Assembly (NCBI GenBank): GCA_013239625.1
Contig: MU053881.1
Span: 8,331,957-8,395,956 of the forward strand
Length of the DNA: 64,000 bases
Origin: Lama guanicoe
Taxonomy: Eukaryota
Direction: 5' to 3'
A program made the translations under genes and the position numbers. The notes beneath the pieces are model-generated. The model made no database searches. It saw nothing but the letters and a program-made list of their open reading frames with translations, and had not been told where the DNA came from. Positions 1-14,100 of the stretch are shown one piece after another; positions within the stretch are counted from its first letter, which is position 1, and every line of letters begins with the position of its first letter.

Positions 1-2339
1 GCATTGTAAGACCATCAACATTAGAGTTATGCTGAAAAAGCAATCAACTGATATGATTTAGAAGTCTGAAATAACATTTCCCGTTTCTTATACATAAAAG
101 GTGACTTGACTGTCTACTCAGTTCTTTCCAGTAAAAATAAATATCTTGTTTGTGTGAGGGGGAAAGGAAGTATTTCAGCTGTGAACTATCGGGGACATGC
201 GTATGTATAAAACTGGAAAGGATTACTTCCTATGTTTTAAACCACTCAGGTTAGCTAAAGATACATTTGTTTTGGTTTTGGGTTCTTGTATAGGGTTTCT
301 TTTCATAATCACAAATTTACTGAGCACTTGTATGTAAGACACTGTCTTTACATGCATTGCATCATTTGAACCTTAGAGCAGCACTGGGATCTAAAAGCTG
401 TGCCTCATACTGGTTTGTTTTTCATGCACTTTGTGCCTCATACACTTGTTTGTGTCAGGCTTCACATACCTTCATAGAATTACTCACCTGTTAGAAAACA
501 TTGCTTTTCGTTCCATCACTAATATATAACAGCTTATAAACCAAATGCATGTATTTAACCAGAAAATAAGAAAAAGAATTGGTTTCATTCTCTAGATTGT
601 GCAACTAAAAGATAAGCTTTTGAAATTTCATGTTAATTCAACTCCAAGGGAAGAATGAAGTCAAACATTAACCTAATGAAAACTTTTTACTAAAACCACA
701 ACAATGGCAGTGTTTGGATCACCTTTACTTGTGTTTTTCACGCTGCTTAAATACCTCTGTGCCTCAACTGACATGATTTTTTAAGGTGGAGGTTTTTCAG
801 CCTTTGTTTTGCTCACCTGTATGGCACTTAATGGGATTAAGAAGGTGATAATAAGCGATTATATATATATTATATACATATGTTTGTTTTGTTTTTTTAA
901 TTTGGTGCTATATAGGTTTGGGGGCCTGCTTTTCTAACCAAAGCAGTAGGGTGCCTGAAGTTTTTGTCAAGACCAAAGAGAAGTATGCATCATATGTGTG
1001 CTGTTTCTTCTGTATAATTTGACCTGTTTGTAAATTGAGTCATTACTTAAGAACAATCACTTCTAGTAGATAATAAGGTGCAACTGATAGCCCCTTAGAT
1101 GTAACTCATTTACCAAAGGGGGGAAAAATCTTCTGAAGCTCTTCTGAGGAATTATAATACTGAAGGTGAGAAGATGGTTTTTTTCTTAGTCTATTTTAGA
1201 ACAAAAACTTTTTTTGAATGATTATCAGGAAGAGTGAAATGTCTTTTATTCAAGAACTTGAAGCATATCTGTACTCTACCAGTGCACATGCCCATTTTAG
1301 AATTTTGTTCCTTAAGATAATCCACTAACATTTTGAACATTTTAAGCATTTGGTTTCTCTTTCTGCTAGAGAACAATTAAATCCTAGTTTGGCACAGGAT
1401 CCCTTTGAGCTAAAATCTGCATGGGGCCAATAGCAATTAAACAGCTCTTTAAAGCTTCTCCCCTACTCCTTAACAACACTTAACAAAGTACCGAACTTTT
1501 GTAACAGCTTGTTGGAAATCAACAGTCGGCCCTTGTGGCTAGGTATCTTCTGTTAATCATCTAGAAAGATGATCAGACAAGTGCATTTCTTTTGCATACA
1601 TAATCTACCTGGTAAGAAAGATAGCACTCTTGGTAGCACTCTGCTTGTAGTGGTTCTAGATATTTTTGTTACTTATGGGGACCTAATGGAAGTCATTGCA
1701 GCTCTGTTAGGCTCAGGTGAGAAACAGAATAGGAGCTATTATTTTTGGAAGGCCACATGAACAGATGAGAGATCTAGGAAATGCTCAAAGTCTAGGAAAG
1801 ATAATCAAAGTACTTATTTATATTTATGGAAAATGAAAATGTGTTTTGTTCTTTAAATGTATTTTGATCCCTTTTTTTTGGCCTTTGGCAATGGAGAGTT
1901 TTATTTCTCAAAAGATAGAGAAATATTTAGGTTATATGGAGGAAGTGGGCAGCTTATGCACTGTTGACCTACTTTTAACTTGGCCCTTGGCTAGAAGCAG
2001 CAAAGCTTGAGATAGAGATATTTGCCCGATTTCTTTGGAACTTGGTATTTTTCTTACCTCATGGAACTGTTAGTGGCCCATGGTTGTACTTAATAACCTC
2101 ATACTTTCATTGCAGATCAGTAAAGTTTGAGCTCCATGCCCCCTTCCTCTGTCATTTTGTTTAGTGACGAAATAACAAGCATAAGTTTTGAAAATAACAA
2201 GCATAAGTTTTGTTTTAATGCACTGAAAGTTAGACCACCTGCTAAATGAAAGGAATGGATCATAATTAAGTACATGTTTTCTGTGTTCTTGTTGTCTCCT
2301 TCATACATTTTGAATGATGATTTTTTTTCTCTGGCATAA

Positions 2340-2487
2340 GGTGAGAGAATTCTTTTTATTTATTTTTTGGTGAGGGGAGGTAATTAGGCTTACTTATGTA
2401 TTTATTGTTAGAGGAGGTACTGGGGATTGAACCCAGGACCTTATGCATGCTAAGCAGGTGCTCTGCCACTTGAGCTATACCTCCCCC
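2340..2487 (-). mobile_element. tRNA-derived SINE (vic-1-like)
   Basis: Head GGGGGAGGTATAGCTCAAGTGG...GGTTCAATCCCCAGTACCTCC with A/B boxes; TSD ttctctggcataa on both sides. Confidence 0.85.
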
Positions 2488-3941
2488 TTCTCTGGCATAA
2501 CGAAATGAATTTCAGAACTCTGCTGAGCTGAAAGGATCTCTGTGCAAAAGAAGACACCTATAATGTTCTGGTTTGTCTGTTATGGTTAGTAAGAAATTCA
2601 TGTTCTGCTGTGTAGCGTCTCTAGTTACCCTTCGTTTAAGACCAGACAGCACTAAGACAGCAGACATAGGTGAGATGTGACAAGAGTCTTGAATGTCCTG
2701 TCATTCATTTTAGGAGTGTGTTACTTCAGGTGACTTCCATTGCTAGCCACCCAACAGGACTGAAAAAATTTAGTTTCTTCAGCATCTTAGTTGTTTATAC
2801 AAGTCTGTGATGACAAAAGCATAGCAAAAGCTGCCCTCACGTCCCAAATTATTGTCATAAGTAATTTCACTTTAAAAAAATGTGTCTTTTTTAAGATTGT
2901 CTTTAATGTAGATCTGGATCTGCAACTTGGGTGTCAAATACAAAAACGTATTTCTCCAGAAGAAGACAATGAGAGTTATTCCTTCCTCATAGTCAGTATA
3001 ATTTACTAATTACAGTAGATGTAAATTCTGAAATAGAAACATGTACAGAATCCCTTCTCATTGAATGGTTTGCTGTCAGTTTCTAAAGGTACACACATAT
3101 CAAATAGGTAAAATAGGAGTATGTAAGAAACAAAGTAGAATCTTAGCGGGAACTAATTTTCCTTGGCAACTTACACATAAAAAACTGTTAAATACATGTT
3201 GTTAGGCATTTTGTAACCTGTGTATCTTAAGTTTTAATTATTTTTGAGTCTCTGTCATAATGATTAAGATCTCAGAGAATTGAAACAGACCTTAAGGAAA
3301 CAGATTCGAGAGGTTAATGGCTTATCCAAAGTCAGTATAGCCCACTTAGCATCAAGTCCCAAACCCAGATGATGCTACCTGTCCAAGTGTGCCTGTCCCC
3401 AAATAGACTTACTTCAGCATTATCAACAGCATTATCAACAGCTAATTTTATTAACCAGATACATCAAAGAAGCCTAGTAAGTTTAATGAACAAAGAAGAA
3501 TTTCTTTTTAAGGAGGTACTTTTCCCTTGGGTTACTTGAAGTGATTATAGGCTAATTTTATTACATTAAAAGCCTTTTAGAAACATTTTCAAATCCTAGG
3601 TAATGACCTATTATGAAAACTGAATTGGTCCAAATTTCTCCTAATCCCCTGGGGCACATGATAAATATTTAATAAATGAAAAGGAATGCCTGCCAGACCA
3701 GGAATTAAAAGACCCTGGTCCAGCTCCAAGCATCCTAGGTTATGGGTTTTTAGAAAATACACAGAATAGCCCTTTGAAGGGAAAATGGTGAGTTGCACAT
3801 AGCAGATGCGTCTTACGTCTTAACTATTATTGACTGAATGCATGATTCGAGGTAAGTAAGTTTGTGGCTAATTAATTAGTTCCTAATTTGCGTTTCCAAA
3901 GTCAAGATGTGTATTTTTATCTATTTGTTTTTTATCCACAG

Positions 3942-4294
3942 CTTTCCCATGGTTTGGCATGGACATTGGGGGAACTTTAGTGAAGCTCTCATACTTTGAA
4001 CCTATAGATATCACAGCAGAGGAAGAACAAGAAGAAGTTGAGAGCTTAAAAAGTATCCGGAAATATTTGACTTCTAATGTAGCATATGGATCCACTGGTA
4101 TTCGGGATGTCCACCTTGAACTGAAGGATTTAACACTTTTTGGCCGGAGAGGGAACTTGCACTTTATCAGATTTCCAACCCAGGACCTGCCTACTTTTAT
4201 CCAAATGGGAAGAGATAAAAACTTCTCAACGTTACACACGGTGCTATGTGCTACAGGAGGTGGTGCTTACAAGTTTGAAAAAGATTTTCGCACA
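3942..4294 (+). CDS. PANK3: Pantothenate kinase 3, coding exon 2 (exon 1 outside window)
   Basis: AG/GT bounded, 353 nt; encodes [20 protein letters not shown]...[13 protein letters not shown] with the type II PanK DIGGT motif. Confidence 0.97.
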
Positions 4295-4580
4295 GTAGGT
4301 ACCTCACTTCAAAGCCTGAAAGTGATGCCCTTTCTCTTCAGTTTTTAAAACATGAGGCAAGGTTTCTGTCTGTCAGTGTTCAGAGATGATGCAGGGAGCG
4401 GGTAGTTTGTTTGGCACAACTGCCCCGCCCACCGCAGATGTCCGGCCCCCTAAGTCCCTGCCCACTAAATTTCGGTCTAGTTCTCCCCGCCTCTCCACCT
4501 TTTTGAAAACTAAGATGTACGCGCAGATTTCCAAAATGCCTCTAGAGGCACTATCACCGCCACTGAGAACCACTGGACTC

Positions 4581-4733
4581 GGGGGAGGGTATCGCTGAAG
4601 TGGTACAGCACATGCTTAGCATACAGAAGGTCCTGGGTTCAATGCCCAGTGCCTCCTTTAAAAGTAAGTAAGCAAACCTACCTGCCTGCCCCCACCAATA
4701 TAAATAAACAAACAAGACCTTTTAAAAAAAAAA
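4581..4733 (+). mobile_element. tRNA-derived SINE
   Basis: Same head, A tail, TSD agaacc(a/g)ctggact. Confidence 0.85.
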
Positions 4734-4926
4734 GAACCGCTGGACTGAACGAAGTCCCTGAGAGATTTCTGACACAAAAGAAACAAGTGAAAATGCAGTG
4801 GGTAGTAGATGACTTTGACGTTCTGTAAAGTGCATGAAAATTGCACAGGACAGTTGAGTCAAGTGTTTTAAATACTGTCCTTTGTTCACTTTATAAAACT
4901 CAAAACTCCTGGTGTTTTTGTTACAG

Positions 4927-5180
4927 ATTGGAAACCTCCACCTGCACAAGCTGGATGAACTTGACTGCCTTGTAAAGGGCTTGCTGTATATAGATTCTGT
5001 CAGTTTCAATGGACAGGCAGAGTGCTATTATTTTGCTAATGCCTCAGAACCTGAGAGATGCCAAAAGATGCCTTTTAACCTGGACGATCCCTATCCACTG
5101 CTGGTAGTAAACATTGGCTCAGGAGTCAGTATTTTAGCAGTCCATTCCAAAGACAACTATAAACGAGTAACTGGGACAAG
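4927..5180 (+). CDS. PANK3: PANK3 exon 3
   Basis: ttacag|ATTGGA...ACAAG|gtagtg; [18 protein letters not shown]...[16 protein letters not shown]. Confidence 0.97.
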
Positions 5181-6543
5181 GTAGTGCCTTTTGTTCTTAC
5201 TGCAGCATTCATACTGTTTGATACACAGCAGTTGTGAAATTACCATATTAATGCTAGCTTTGGGGAAATAATGTGTATTGGGCAGCAGCTAAAAATTGTG
5301 ATGTATTAAGTTAAAGTGTTGCAGATAATATTGTTTTATAAGGCATGTGTGTAAGAGACTCAAACTAAAATCATCAAATATTTATATTTGGCATCAAAAT
5401 TTCCGTAATGATAGTGATTTTTTAATCTGGAAGGATTCCAGTAACGTTTTTATTTTCCAGAGCATTTTCCTCACTTTTATATAAATGTATTTAAGCCTAA
5501 AGCTTGCCACATGCTTATTTGACTCATATTTAAGTGGAGTATTGGGCAACGTTGTAAATAATTTCTTTATAGAATGAATTTAACATGAGCTCTTGTCTTT
5601 ATTATTACCTGGAAAATGTGAAATGACATTTTTAAATTTTCATTATGATTCTGATAGGTTCTTTGTCAACTTTTAAGGAAGCTGGAGACTCCGGTTTATT
5701 GAACTGAGAAAGAAGGATTTTAGGATACTTTAGTTTGATTTGTGGGAAAAAAATCCCATTTTAATTTTACTGCAGTACTGCTATTTCAATAATACTTAAA
5801 TTTAATTAGTATTTGATTTCTGTAGTGGCTAAAAATCTACCTCCATTGTAACTCTATGCCAAAGAATTACAAGGACGTTTATACCTACTTCAGTCAATTC
5901 AAAAAGACAGAAATTCAGCCTGGTAACTAAATTCCGCTAGTGATTCAGGAATAGAACCTGTTAGAAATTTAGGTGAGACTAGGGAGCAAAGGTTATGGTC
6001 TTAGGGATTAGAGAGACATAATTTTATCTTGCGAGCATATCCAAAAGAAGAATAGAGCCACGTAAATTTCTGTCTTTAACATGATGACCAGCCTGACATA
6101 GATTTCCTCCGTGTATTCATTCCTGAGTCATGTGAGTGTTCATGCATCACACTGAAAAGGCCAAGCAAAGAGGCCTTTTGCAGAAGTAGTTTGTGGAAAC
6201 CCCTTAGAATCACAATTTTTCTCCTGTTAATTCATATGGAACTAACTTCTAACACTCCCTTTTCATGCATACAGAGACATTTGTTTTTAGCAATTGCAAA
6301 GTGTGTGGTGTCAGGTGAAGATACTAGAAGATAGAAAAGATCTCCTGTGTCATGTTTCCACAACAAGATTTCTTTTCCTTTGGTTTGTTCTTTGACAAGT
6401 TTAGTTTTGCTATATATTTTCGTTAGGTTTAGCAGTGTTTTCTGTCCGTGTGTTTACTGAATAAATGAGTGCTCTGTTCTTTTACTGTGAAGAAACAATA
6501 CAGTGTGTAAGTACAACTTACCAAGTGTCTTTATTTTCTTTAG

Positions 6544-6720
6544 CCTTGGAGGGGGTACTTTTCTGGGTTTATGTAGTTTATTGACTGGCTGTGAGAGTTT
6601 TGAAGAGGCTCTTGAAATGGCATCCAAAGGTGACAGCACGCAAGCTGACAAGCTGGTCCGTGATATTTACGGAGGCGATTATGAAAGATTTGGTCTGCCT
6701 GGCTGGGCTGTAGCATCTAG
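6544..6720 (+). CDS. PANK3: PANK3 exon 4
   Basis: tttag|CCTTGG...TCTAG|gtaagt; [16 protein letters not shown]...[24 protein letters not shown]. Confidence 0.97.
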
Positions 6721-7012
6721 GTAAGTTTAACGTTTATAATTAAGGTTTCTTAGTTTTTAGAAAGCGATATATCAGGAAGTCGTAAGGGGGCTTCCTCTTA
6801 CCCAGTTTAGTTCTAAGTTTTGAATATTCACATAGTTTTAAAATTAAATGTACATTAAGAAGTCTCCCTTAAATGCACTATAAGAAATTATTTTATTAAT
6901 TCTTGAGTATCCTCCCAGTGTTTCTCTATGCAGATACATCTCTTCATCCTCCCCTTATAGAAGGTAACTTTTAAAAGGTAACATTTATATACCATTATAC
7001 AGCATATTATAT

Positions 7013-7325
7013 ACAGTTGGCTCTCCTTATCAGTGGTTCTGTATCCACGGAGTCAGCCAACCTCAGAGGGAAAATATATATTAAAAAAAAAGAGAATTCC
7101 AGAAAGTTCCAAAAAGCAAAACTTGAATTTGCTGCCTACAGGCAACTATTTGCATGGTATTTACATTGTATTAAGTGTTATCCGTAATCTAGAGATGATT
7201 TAAACTATATGCATAGGTTATGTGCAAATCCTCCATTGTTTTATATAAGGGACTTGAGCATCTACAGATGCTAGCATCCGAGGAAGAGCTTGGAACCAGT
7301 CCCCCGTGGATGAGAGGGGTGGCTG
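7013..7325 (-). mobile_element. MER2-like TcMar-Tigger DNA transposon
   Basis: TA-flanked CAG...CTG ends; internal ttatataagggacttgagcatc and ttggaaccagtcccccgtggat resemble MER2. Confidence 0.7.
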
Positions 7326-7367
7326 TATCGTCCACCACAGCAGTGTAGCCTAGCCTGTTTGCCTGCC

Positions 7368-7460
7368 CCTCTCTTTCCCTCCTTTCCTCCCTCCTTCATC
7401 CTTTCCCTTTCTCCCTCCTTCCCCTCCATCCTCCTCCCTTCCTTTCCTTCTTCCCTCCCT
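7368..7460. repeat. Polypyrimidine (CCTT/CCCT)n low-complexity tract
   Basis: Seen directly. Confidence 0.85.
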
Positions 7461-7684
7461 GCCTTGTTAACAGCTTCATGGTATTTCACTGTGTGAATGT
7501 ATCATAGTTTGATGGATGTTTGGGTTTTTCCAGGATGTGCAGTTCATTGAGTCAGTAAGTCACCTTGTCCATGTATATACCTTCTTTTGTACATGTGTAG
7601 ATTTATCTGTAGGCTGTATTCCCAAAATGTATGAAATGTTGCTTGTCATCAGCAGATTTGATTTTGTTTATCATTTCTCTGCAG

Positions 7685-7808
7685 TTTTGGGAATATGATT
7701 TATAAGGAGAAACGAGAATCTGTCAGTAAAGAAGATCTAGCGAGAGCTACTTTAGTTACTATCACCAATAACATTGGTTCTGTGGCACGAATGTGTGCTG
7801 TTAATGAG
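7685..7808 (+). CDS. PANK3: PANK3 exon 5
   Basis: ctgcag|TTTTGGG...AATGAG|gtaaga; [41 protein letters not shown]. Confidence 0.96.
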
Positions 7809-8207
7809 GTAAGAAAATTTTTTAATCACGTGAAACATGTGAGTTGTAGTTTCATTACATAGGCTTCTACGCAGGCTTCCTCATGTTCCTTAAGGAGGCC
7901 TCTAGGATTGAGCTCTCTGAATCCATTAAATCCCAAGACTCATTAATACGTATGTTACCTACCTAGTTGTTACACTACCTTTAAAGAAAGTAGCAGATAA
8001 TTCAAACTGGAAATAGGACAAATAGGTAATTTATATTTCATGTTTATTCAGAGATCTTTTCAGTAGTACACAACCTAAATATCTTGAAATTATGAAAGAA
8101 AATTCTTTCTAAACAATAAGCCAGTTTGAGGTAACAGATGATTGGAGGTGGGAGGGCCTTTTGGTGTTAATGTTGCGTTTGGTTAGAGGAGTACTTGGAA
8201 GCTTTCT

Positions 8208-8285
8208 TACTGCCCTCGGCTTCTTTACAGTGCTGCCTTGTTGCAAATGGATCAAGCAGCATTGTACAGGGCTATGAAGGCATTG
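8208..8285 (+). ncRNA. MIR103A1: pre-miR-103 hairpin in PANK3 intron 5 (mature 3p at 8255-8277)
   Basis: Contains AGCAGCATTGTACAGGGCTATGA (mature miR-103) pairing with the 5' arm GGCTTCTTTACAGTGCTGCCTTG; miR-103/107 genes are known to sit in PANK introns. Confidence 0.97.
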
Positions 8286-10031
8286 AGACCTGTTCTTCAC
8301 ATGACATTTGAATGATATTATGTTCTTAGAAAAAGCATGTACTGCTAGATTTACCTCATAGTCGGGTTATTTTTATTTGAAGAAGACTATATATATAATT
8401 CTGCCTTCTTGTGATAGATGTATTTGCCCATTTAACTTTTATAAATATCATATACTTTAACTGAGTTGGGAATTTTGCTTTTTTGAAGGAATCCTTCATT
8501 TGTTCATCCATTCATTTATTCATTGAAATAAATATTTTACAGAGTACCGTGTGCCAGGCGTTATTCCAGGCACTTCTGAGATACATTCGTGGAGAAAACA
8601 GAGATCCCTGACTTTGTGGCACTTATGGCCATTCTAGTGACATAGTAAATGAGTATAAATAGTTTAGTAAGTATTAGGTGATAAAATGCTGTTTTTTTTA
8701 GAAAAGGGAGTTAAACAAGATAAAGAGAATTGAGTGTAGATCAGAGAGTGGCAAAGGACAAATACTGAATAATTGGGTAGTTAAAGAAGGCTTGATTGAA
8801 AATGTGACTCTTGTTCAAAGACCTGAAGGCAGTGAGAGAATCATGGATGCAGGTATTTGGGGAAAGGGAGGCTCTAGCAGAGAGAACAACTGTGTAGAGT
8901 CAGATTAATCTGCTGAATTAGTCTAAATTTAAATCCAGAATTCTGTTTCTTGAGTTTCTTAATAACAGTGGAGTAAGTTGGTTAAGGGAGCCATTAGCAG
9001 GCCTTTTAACCTAGGTTTGGAAAATACTTCACTTTAGGAGTTGACAATCATCTGGGACCTTTTTTATTAGCCCTCTAGGTCCAGATTTTCACTGGTCAAC
9101 TGACTTTTAACAGTAATTAAGGCCATAGTTTATGCTATTCAAACTCAGTGTGCAAAAGCATATACTCAAAAATATATACATTATTGTGAGAGTAGAAGTA
9201 GGTTTTCTGGAGATTCAAACATCAGTTCCTTATTTGTGATTTCCTAACCTTAGAGGCACCTGAGGAACCAGAGCGATGAGTAGAACTTAGCAGCGAGTGA
9301 CTTGATGGCTTCGGCTGGGGACAGAGGCTGCTGGGAGCCTGGGGCTGGGTGGGCATACCTGGCAGTGTGGCTCTCCAACCCTATGGATCCAGTCCACGGG
9401 TTGCGAGTCATTGCTGAGCATAAACTGAAACGCGCTGGCCAAGTTTACAGCTTTTTTAAGCCCTAAACACATTTAAAACACTTTCCCTTGGTGTGTCTCC
9501 TTTTGTCTCATCAGTAATGTTTCTCCAAATTACTTTGCTGAATGTATTGGTCATTTTCAAAAACAAGCCTTGTCTATCATCATTTAACTAGGGTCTTTCC
9601 AGAACTTTTCTTTTTTAAACTAGACTTTATTTTTTAGAGCAGTTTTAGCTTCACAGCAAAATTGAGCGGGAAGTACAGGGTTCACATACACCCCAGCCCC
9701 ACAGAAGCACAGCCTCCCTGCTGTTACTGTCCAGTGCTAGTTTGGTACATTTGTTAACAGTCGGTGAGCCTACATTGACATCCTCACCCTGTCCGCAGTT
9801 TCCATTTGGGCCCCCTCTTCGTGTACCTTCTATGGGCTTTGACAAGTATAGTGACATGTAGACTAGCTTCTAAATATTCGGGATTATGGAGGCACATAGC
9901 AGGAATGCAGTAGGCACTAACAAAAGGTAGTCATCGTTTACATTTGTAAGTAGAGATTTTCTAAACTGTACTGTGTTGTAAAGTCTTGGTAATGCTTTTT
10001 TTAAGTCATTTTCATTGTTCTTTTCTTTTAG

Positions 10032-10157
10032 AAAATAAACAGAGTTGTCTTTGTTGGAAACTTTTTACGTGTCAATACTCTTTCCATGAAACTTTTGGCA
10101 TATGCACTGGATTACTGGTCAAAAGGTCAACTGAAAGCGTTGTTTCTAGAGCATGAG
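10032..10157 (+). CDS. PANK3: PANK3 exon 6
   Basis: ttttag|AAAATA...CATGAG|gtatga; [42 protein letters not shown]. Confidence 0.96.
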
Positions 10158-11071
10158 GTATGATAGAAAAATACTGTTTTGTGAATCTTAATAGCATGCT
10201 TTTTTCATGCAGGTTTCATATGTTGTTTCCGGCTCCGTACTTAATAAGTAAAGTATAAAACTGCATCTTACCTGAATGGTGTGTGGATTCCCTCCCTTCC
10301 CTTTGGGGTGAGGGTGGGGGTTTCTGTAACCTGGCGGGCATCCCAGTGAGATGAGAGCTTCACAGGTCTGACCAAGAGAGCAGTAGCAGATCTGAGCCCC
10401 TTAAATACCGGGGCTGCTTGTGTCTTTAGTGGATTCGTTTGTTCAGTTGTTTTCTTTTGTTTGTTTTTTCTCCCCTGAGAGAGGTTATTCTGCAAGATTT
10501 TTTTTTTCGTATTTATTCACTCTATCCAGTTCAATTCTGTTCTGAGCAAATACCAGTTCGTGTAATGTTTTGGATTCAGTAAGTTTCCCTGGAATTATTT
10601 TGCTTCTGGTCAAATGGATATTTTTAATAAGTATTTCAGTAACACGGATTCGGAGTATTTGTTCTGCTCTTAGAAGCTTCCGTGTGTCATTGTCACTGCT
10701 GTCACTATACAGGTCAGAATGTGTACCTCGTGCAGCTCCCCCTGGCATGCTGAGTGCTGTGGGAGTGGCAGGCAGAGCCAAAGGCATTTTCTTGAGGAAA
10801 AGTGAGGGGAACACAGAATTGCAGTAATCGTCCTGGAAGCTCTAGTGTCTAAAGGCCAACACTTTATAAAAATATGTATTTCAAAAGTGTATATATTGAG
10901 AATATAGTTTTAAAAATTTTTTTACAATTGCTGACAACACAGAAATTGGTAGATTTCTGAATAGATGTTCTTTAAATAGATTGTACACAAATATGTGCTC
11001 TTAATAGTGGTTAATATTACATGCTAATTTAAAAGCTGCGCTACATTAATAATTGTCTTTGAATTACACAG

Positions 11072-11122
11072 GGCTATTTTGGAGCAGTTGGTGCACTCCT
11101 TGGGCTGCCAAATTTCAGCTAA
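11072..11122 (+). CDS. PANK3: PANK3 last coding exon (7)
   Basis: acacag|GGCTATTTT...AGC TAA; GYFGAVGALLGLPNFS*; phases are consistent across exons 2-7. Confidence 0.96.
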   Translation, partial: GYFGAVGALLGLPNFS

Positions 11123-14100
11123 AGCGTCAGGTTTCTCTCTGCTAATAAATGTCATCGAAGAGGAACTGAAAACCAGAGGCATTATTACTGCATTATTTGT
11201 CACTGGGAACCAAAGGATGAGAGAGTGGCGCTATGCCTGTTGATCTGTAAAGGTCAGAATGGTGAGCCGCTGCATTTTGCCGTGTTAAAAAGAGAGCTCC
11301 GGTAACGTGAGGTGTTTCTGATGGAAATGCTTTCCCTTTTGTATATAGCCAGTGTTAAATCCTTAAATGCAACACAGCCTCTGATTGTGGAGCTTCCTCT
11401 CAAAAAGATTTTCTATTTATTTTATGTAGCCAACGTGGCAGTACTGTATGTTCAAACGTGAATCTTTAAAGTCTCAGAAATGCTTATTAGCTCATGAAAA
11501 TAATTGATTCTGAGTATTTGTTACAAGTCTGTTCTTTGTATGTTTTGGTTACTAGGAAGTGGACAGTAACATACCCTGTATCAGAGCTTAGGGAAATGGC
11601 AATCAAAGATGATTTTTATGTGATTTTTAGAATTGTTAAGGCAATATTAATTATTCATTATTGTTTTCTAGACATATCTTCTCCCCAAAAGCATGCTCAT
11701 GTGATCTTTCCCCAGAAGTATAACCTTTTTCAAATGCCATAATTGAATTGAAATACTATTGTTAAACATTAGCCTGAATTTTAAAATGAATCCTAGAAAA
11801 TGCACACGATTGGCGATACAGCACTTTTTGTGTTTTGAGTTAATCAGTACGTTTAAAAATGTTGAATAATTGGAGGCTTACTTATGTATTTGGAAATCCG
11901 TTCAGTGAAGTCTCAGGGCAGGGCCATTCTAACGGAATATGTTCACATTGATAGTGTTCTGTGCTCTTCCTGTGCCACACTTATCTTAGCCCCAAACTTA
12001 GCAGTTTCTGTTTAATTAGGTCTGAACCACCAAGCTAAAGACTTTCTTCTGTTATGAACAGCAACAAAATCATTTATTCTAAACGGACGTTATGGAAATC
12101 CAAAAGATGAGTTGTTTTGAAACTGGGGGAGTCTGAGGCAGTCCTGCAGAATCATGAGAGGATCAGTGTTGCGTACATTCTGGTAATAAAAGCATTATAG
12201 TTGCAAAATTTATAAATTCTTTTGCCTTGGAATTTATTCTCTATTGTGAAGTCATTTTTTATAATCTTATAAATTTTTTCAGAATTTTCCTTTGGCAGTA
12301 ACATTTTGGAGGTCCAGTAGTTCAGCGAAGTTTTTCAAGACTATTAGCAGTTTAGGAAGTTCAAAGATTTGGGAAAAAATATTCACCTCCTTAAATCTGG
12401 ATGTACTTTGAAGAGCTTGAAACTTGTTTACATTACAGGAAGAAGGAAGTATTATGATGTGTTTTTACAGAACACAGTTTTGCTCCAGAGAGAATAATTT
12501 TTAGTTGACTCTTAAGAGGTGCTTGAAAGAGACATTTCTCCTTATAGCTTTCAAATTTTGTGCTCAAATACTTAAAATTTGGTTTTCTTTATCTATAGAC
12601 TTGAACATATAAATAATAAGAGTGAATATTTAGAGGGAAAAGCCTGTGAAGGTAATTTTTTAGAATTTAGAATCTTTGGAGCTTTGAATTCGTGTCAGTC
12701 AGTGGTCATTTTGAAAACCTGCAGTGACTAAACATTTCTACTTTAATGTTTCCATTTTAGTGACTAGTTATTTCAGCCAAAAGCCATCTGTTTAATTTAT
12801 TTTAGAGTCTGATGATTTGGGCATCTGTACAAAAAAGTTTTAGTTTAAATGAGAAACTTCACATTTTATACTTGTGGCAAACTGTACATTGGCAGTTAGA
12901 CACGTGGGGCCATCTTTAAGAAAGAAATGGAAAGGTCAAGGTATATATGAGTTAGTTTGATCAATACTTTCATTAATTTGGAACTGTGATGCATCCTTTT
13001 TCTCTTTTGAAACTGAAGTTACCTGCTACAATGCACATAAAGTGAAAAGCTGTCTCACCACTGTTGCGCTTGGCTTTTCTTTTGTAGAATCTAGACGTGC
13101 TGGAGTAATCCTAAAAAGCATTTCTAATAATTGTACAGAATTGTGATGAAGGCCACCAGGATTCTAGTTTTTCATTATGATCTCAGGAAAATGCTTGTAA
13201 GCATACAGTGGTGGTAAATAGTTTTGGTTCTAATCCCAGTCAACCTAATGCCTCAAGGCTCTTATGTTCTTGAACAGTGCTAATAGAAATGTGAGCCACC
13301 TGTAATTTTGCATTTTCTAGTAGGCACATTTAGAAAGCAAAAATTACTAAATTACGTATTTCTATTTAACCCAGTATGTCAGATATGTTATTTCAACATA
13401 GAATTGCTATAAAAAGGTATTTGGGAGGTTTTTTGAGGGGAGGGGGGACCTAGTCTTCAAAGCCAGTGTTATATTTAACACTTACAGCACAACTCAACTC
13501 AGACTAACCACATTGCACGTTCTCAGTAGCCACGTTTGGGTAGTGGTTCCTGTGTTAGACAGTGCAGGTTCTGGAACTAGCCCTTCAAGATGAACACTAT
13601 CATGTATTCACTAAAACTTTATTAATACGGGCTTTTTAAAGAATGTTAGAGAAGGGACCATATGGGAACCTTATTTTTTAAATTCATAAAAGAGTGATGA
13701 GAAGGACCTCATTTGGCCTGGTTTATTTCACTCCGTCCAGCTGTATTTCTGACCATTCCAAAAACACCTTGTATCGCCTCCTGCCGTCTCAGCATAGTAT
13801 GTGTCGTTTTTCTAATGATACCGATAAAGTTGCCCAAGACACATCCTGACCATCCTCATCAGTCTTCAAAATGTGTATTTCCTTCACTGAAGTAAATTTG
13901 ATGGTTTTAATGACTTAAATCTCCCCCCACCCACCTCATCTAATTGAACTTTGAGAAGCCAATTTTAAAGGACTAAAAAGAGACCCTTTTAATTCTTCAC
14001 TGAGTTCCATATACACAAAGAGAATCTTCTTTGTAACTTTGGATTTAATTTTCATTTTTAAAAAACTGCAGTAACATTTTCTAATGCAAGGAGCAGTATC

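Noticed and set aside
2170..2212. 22-bp tandem duplication (also the 12-bp repeat at ~3416-3442)
   Set aside because: Ordinary intronic slippage duplications with no evident function.
8216..8277. Antisense miR-103b hairpin
   Set aside because: Any hairpin also folds on the opposite strand; the sequence gives no evidence of antisense expression.
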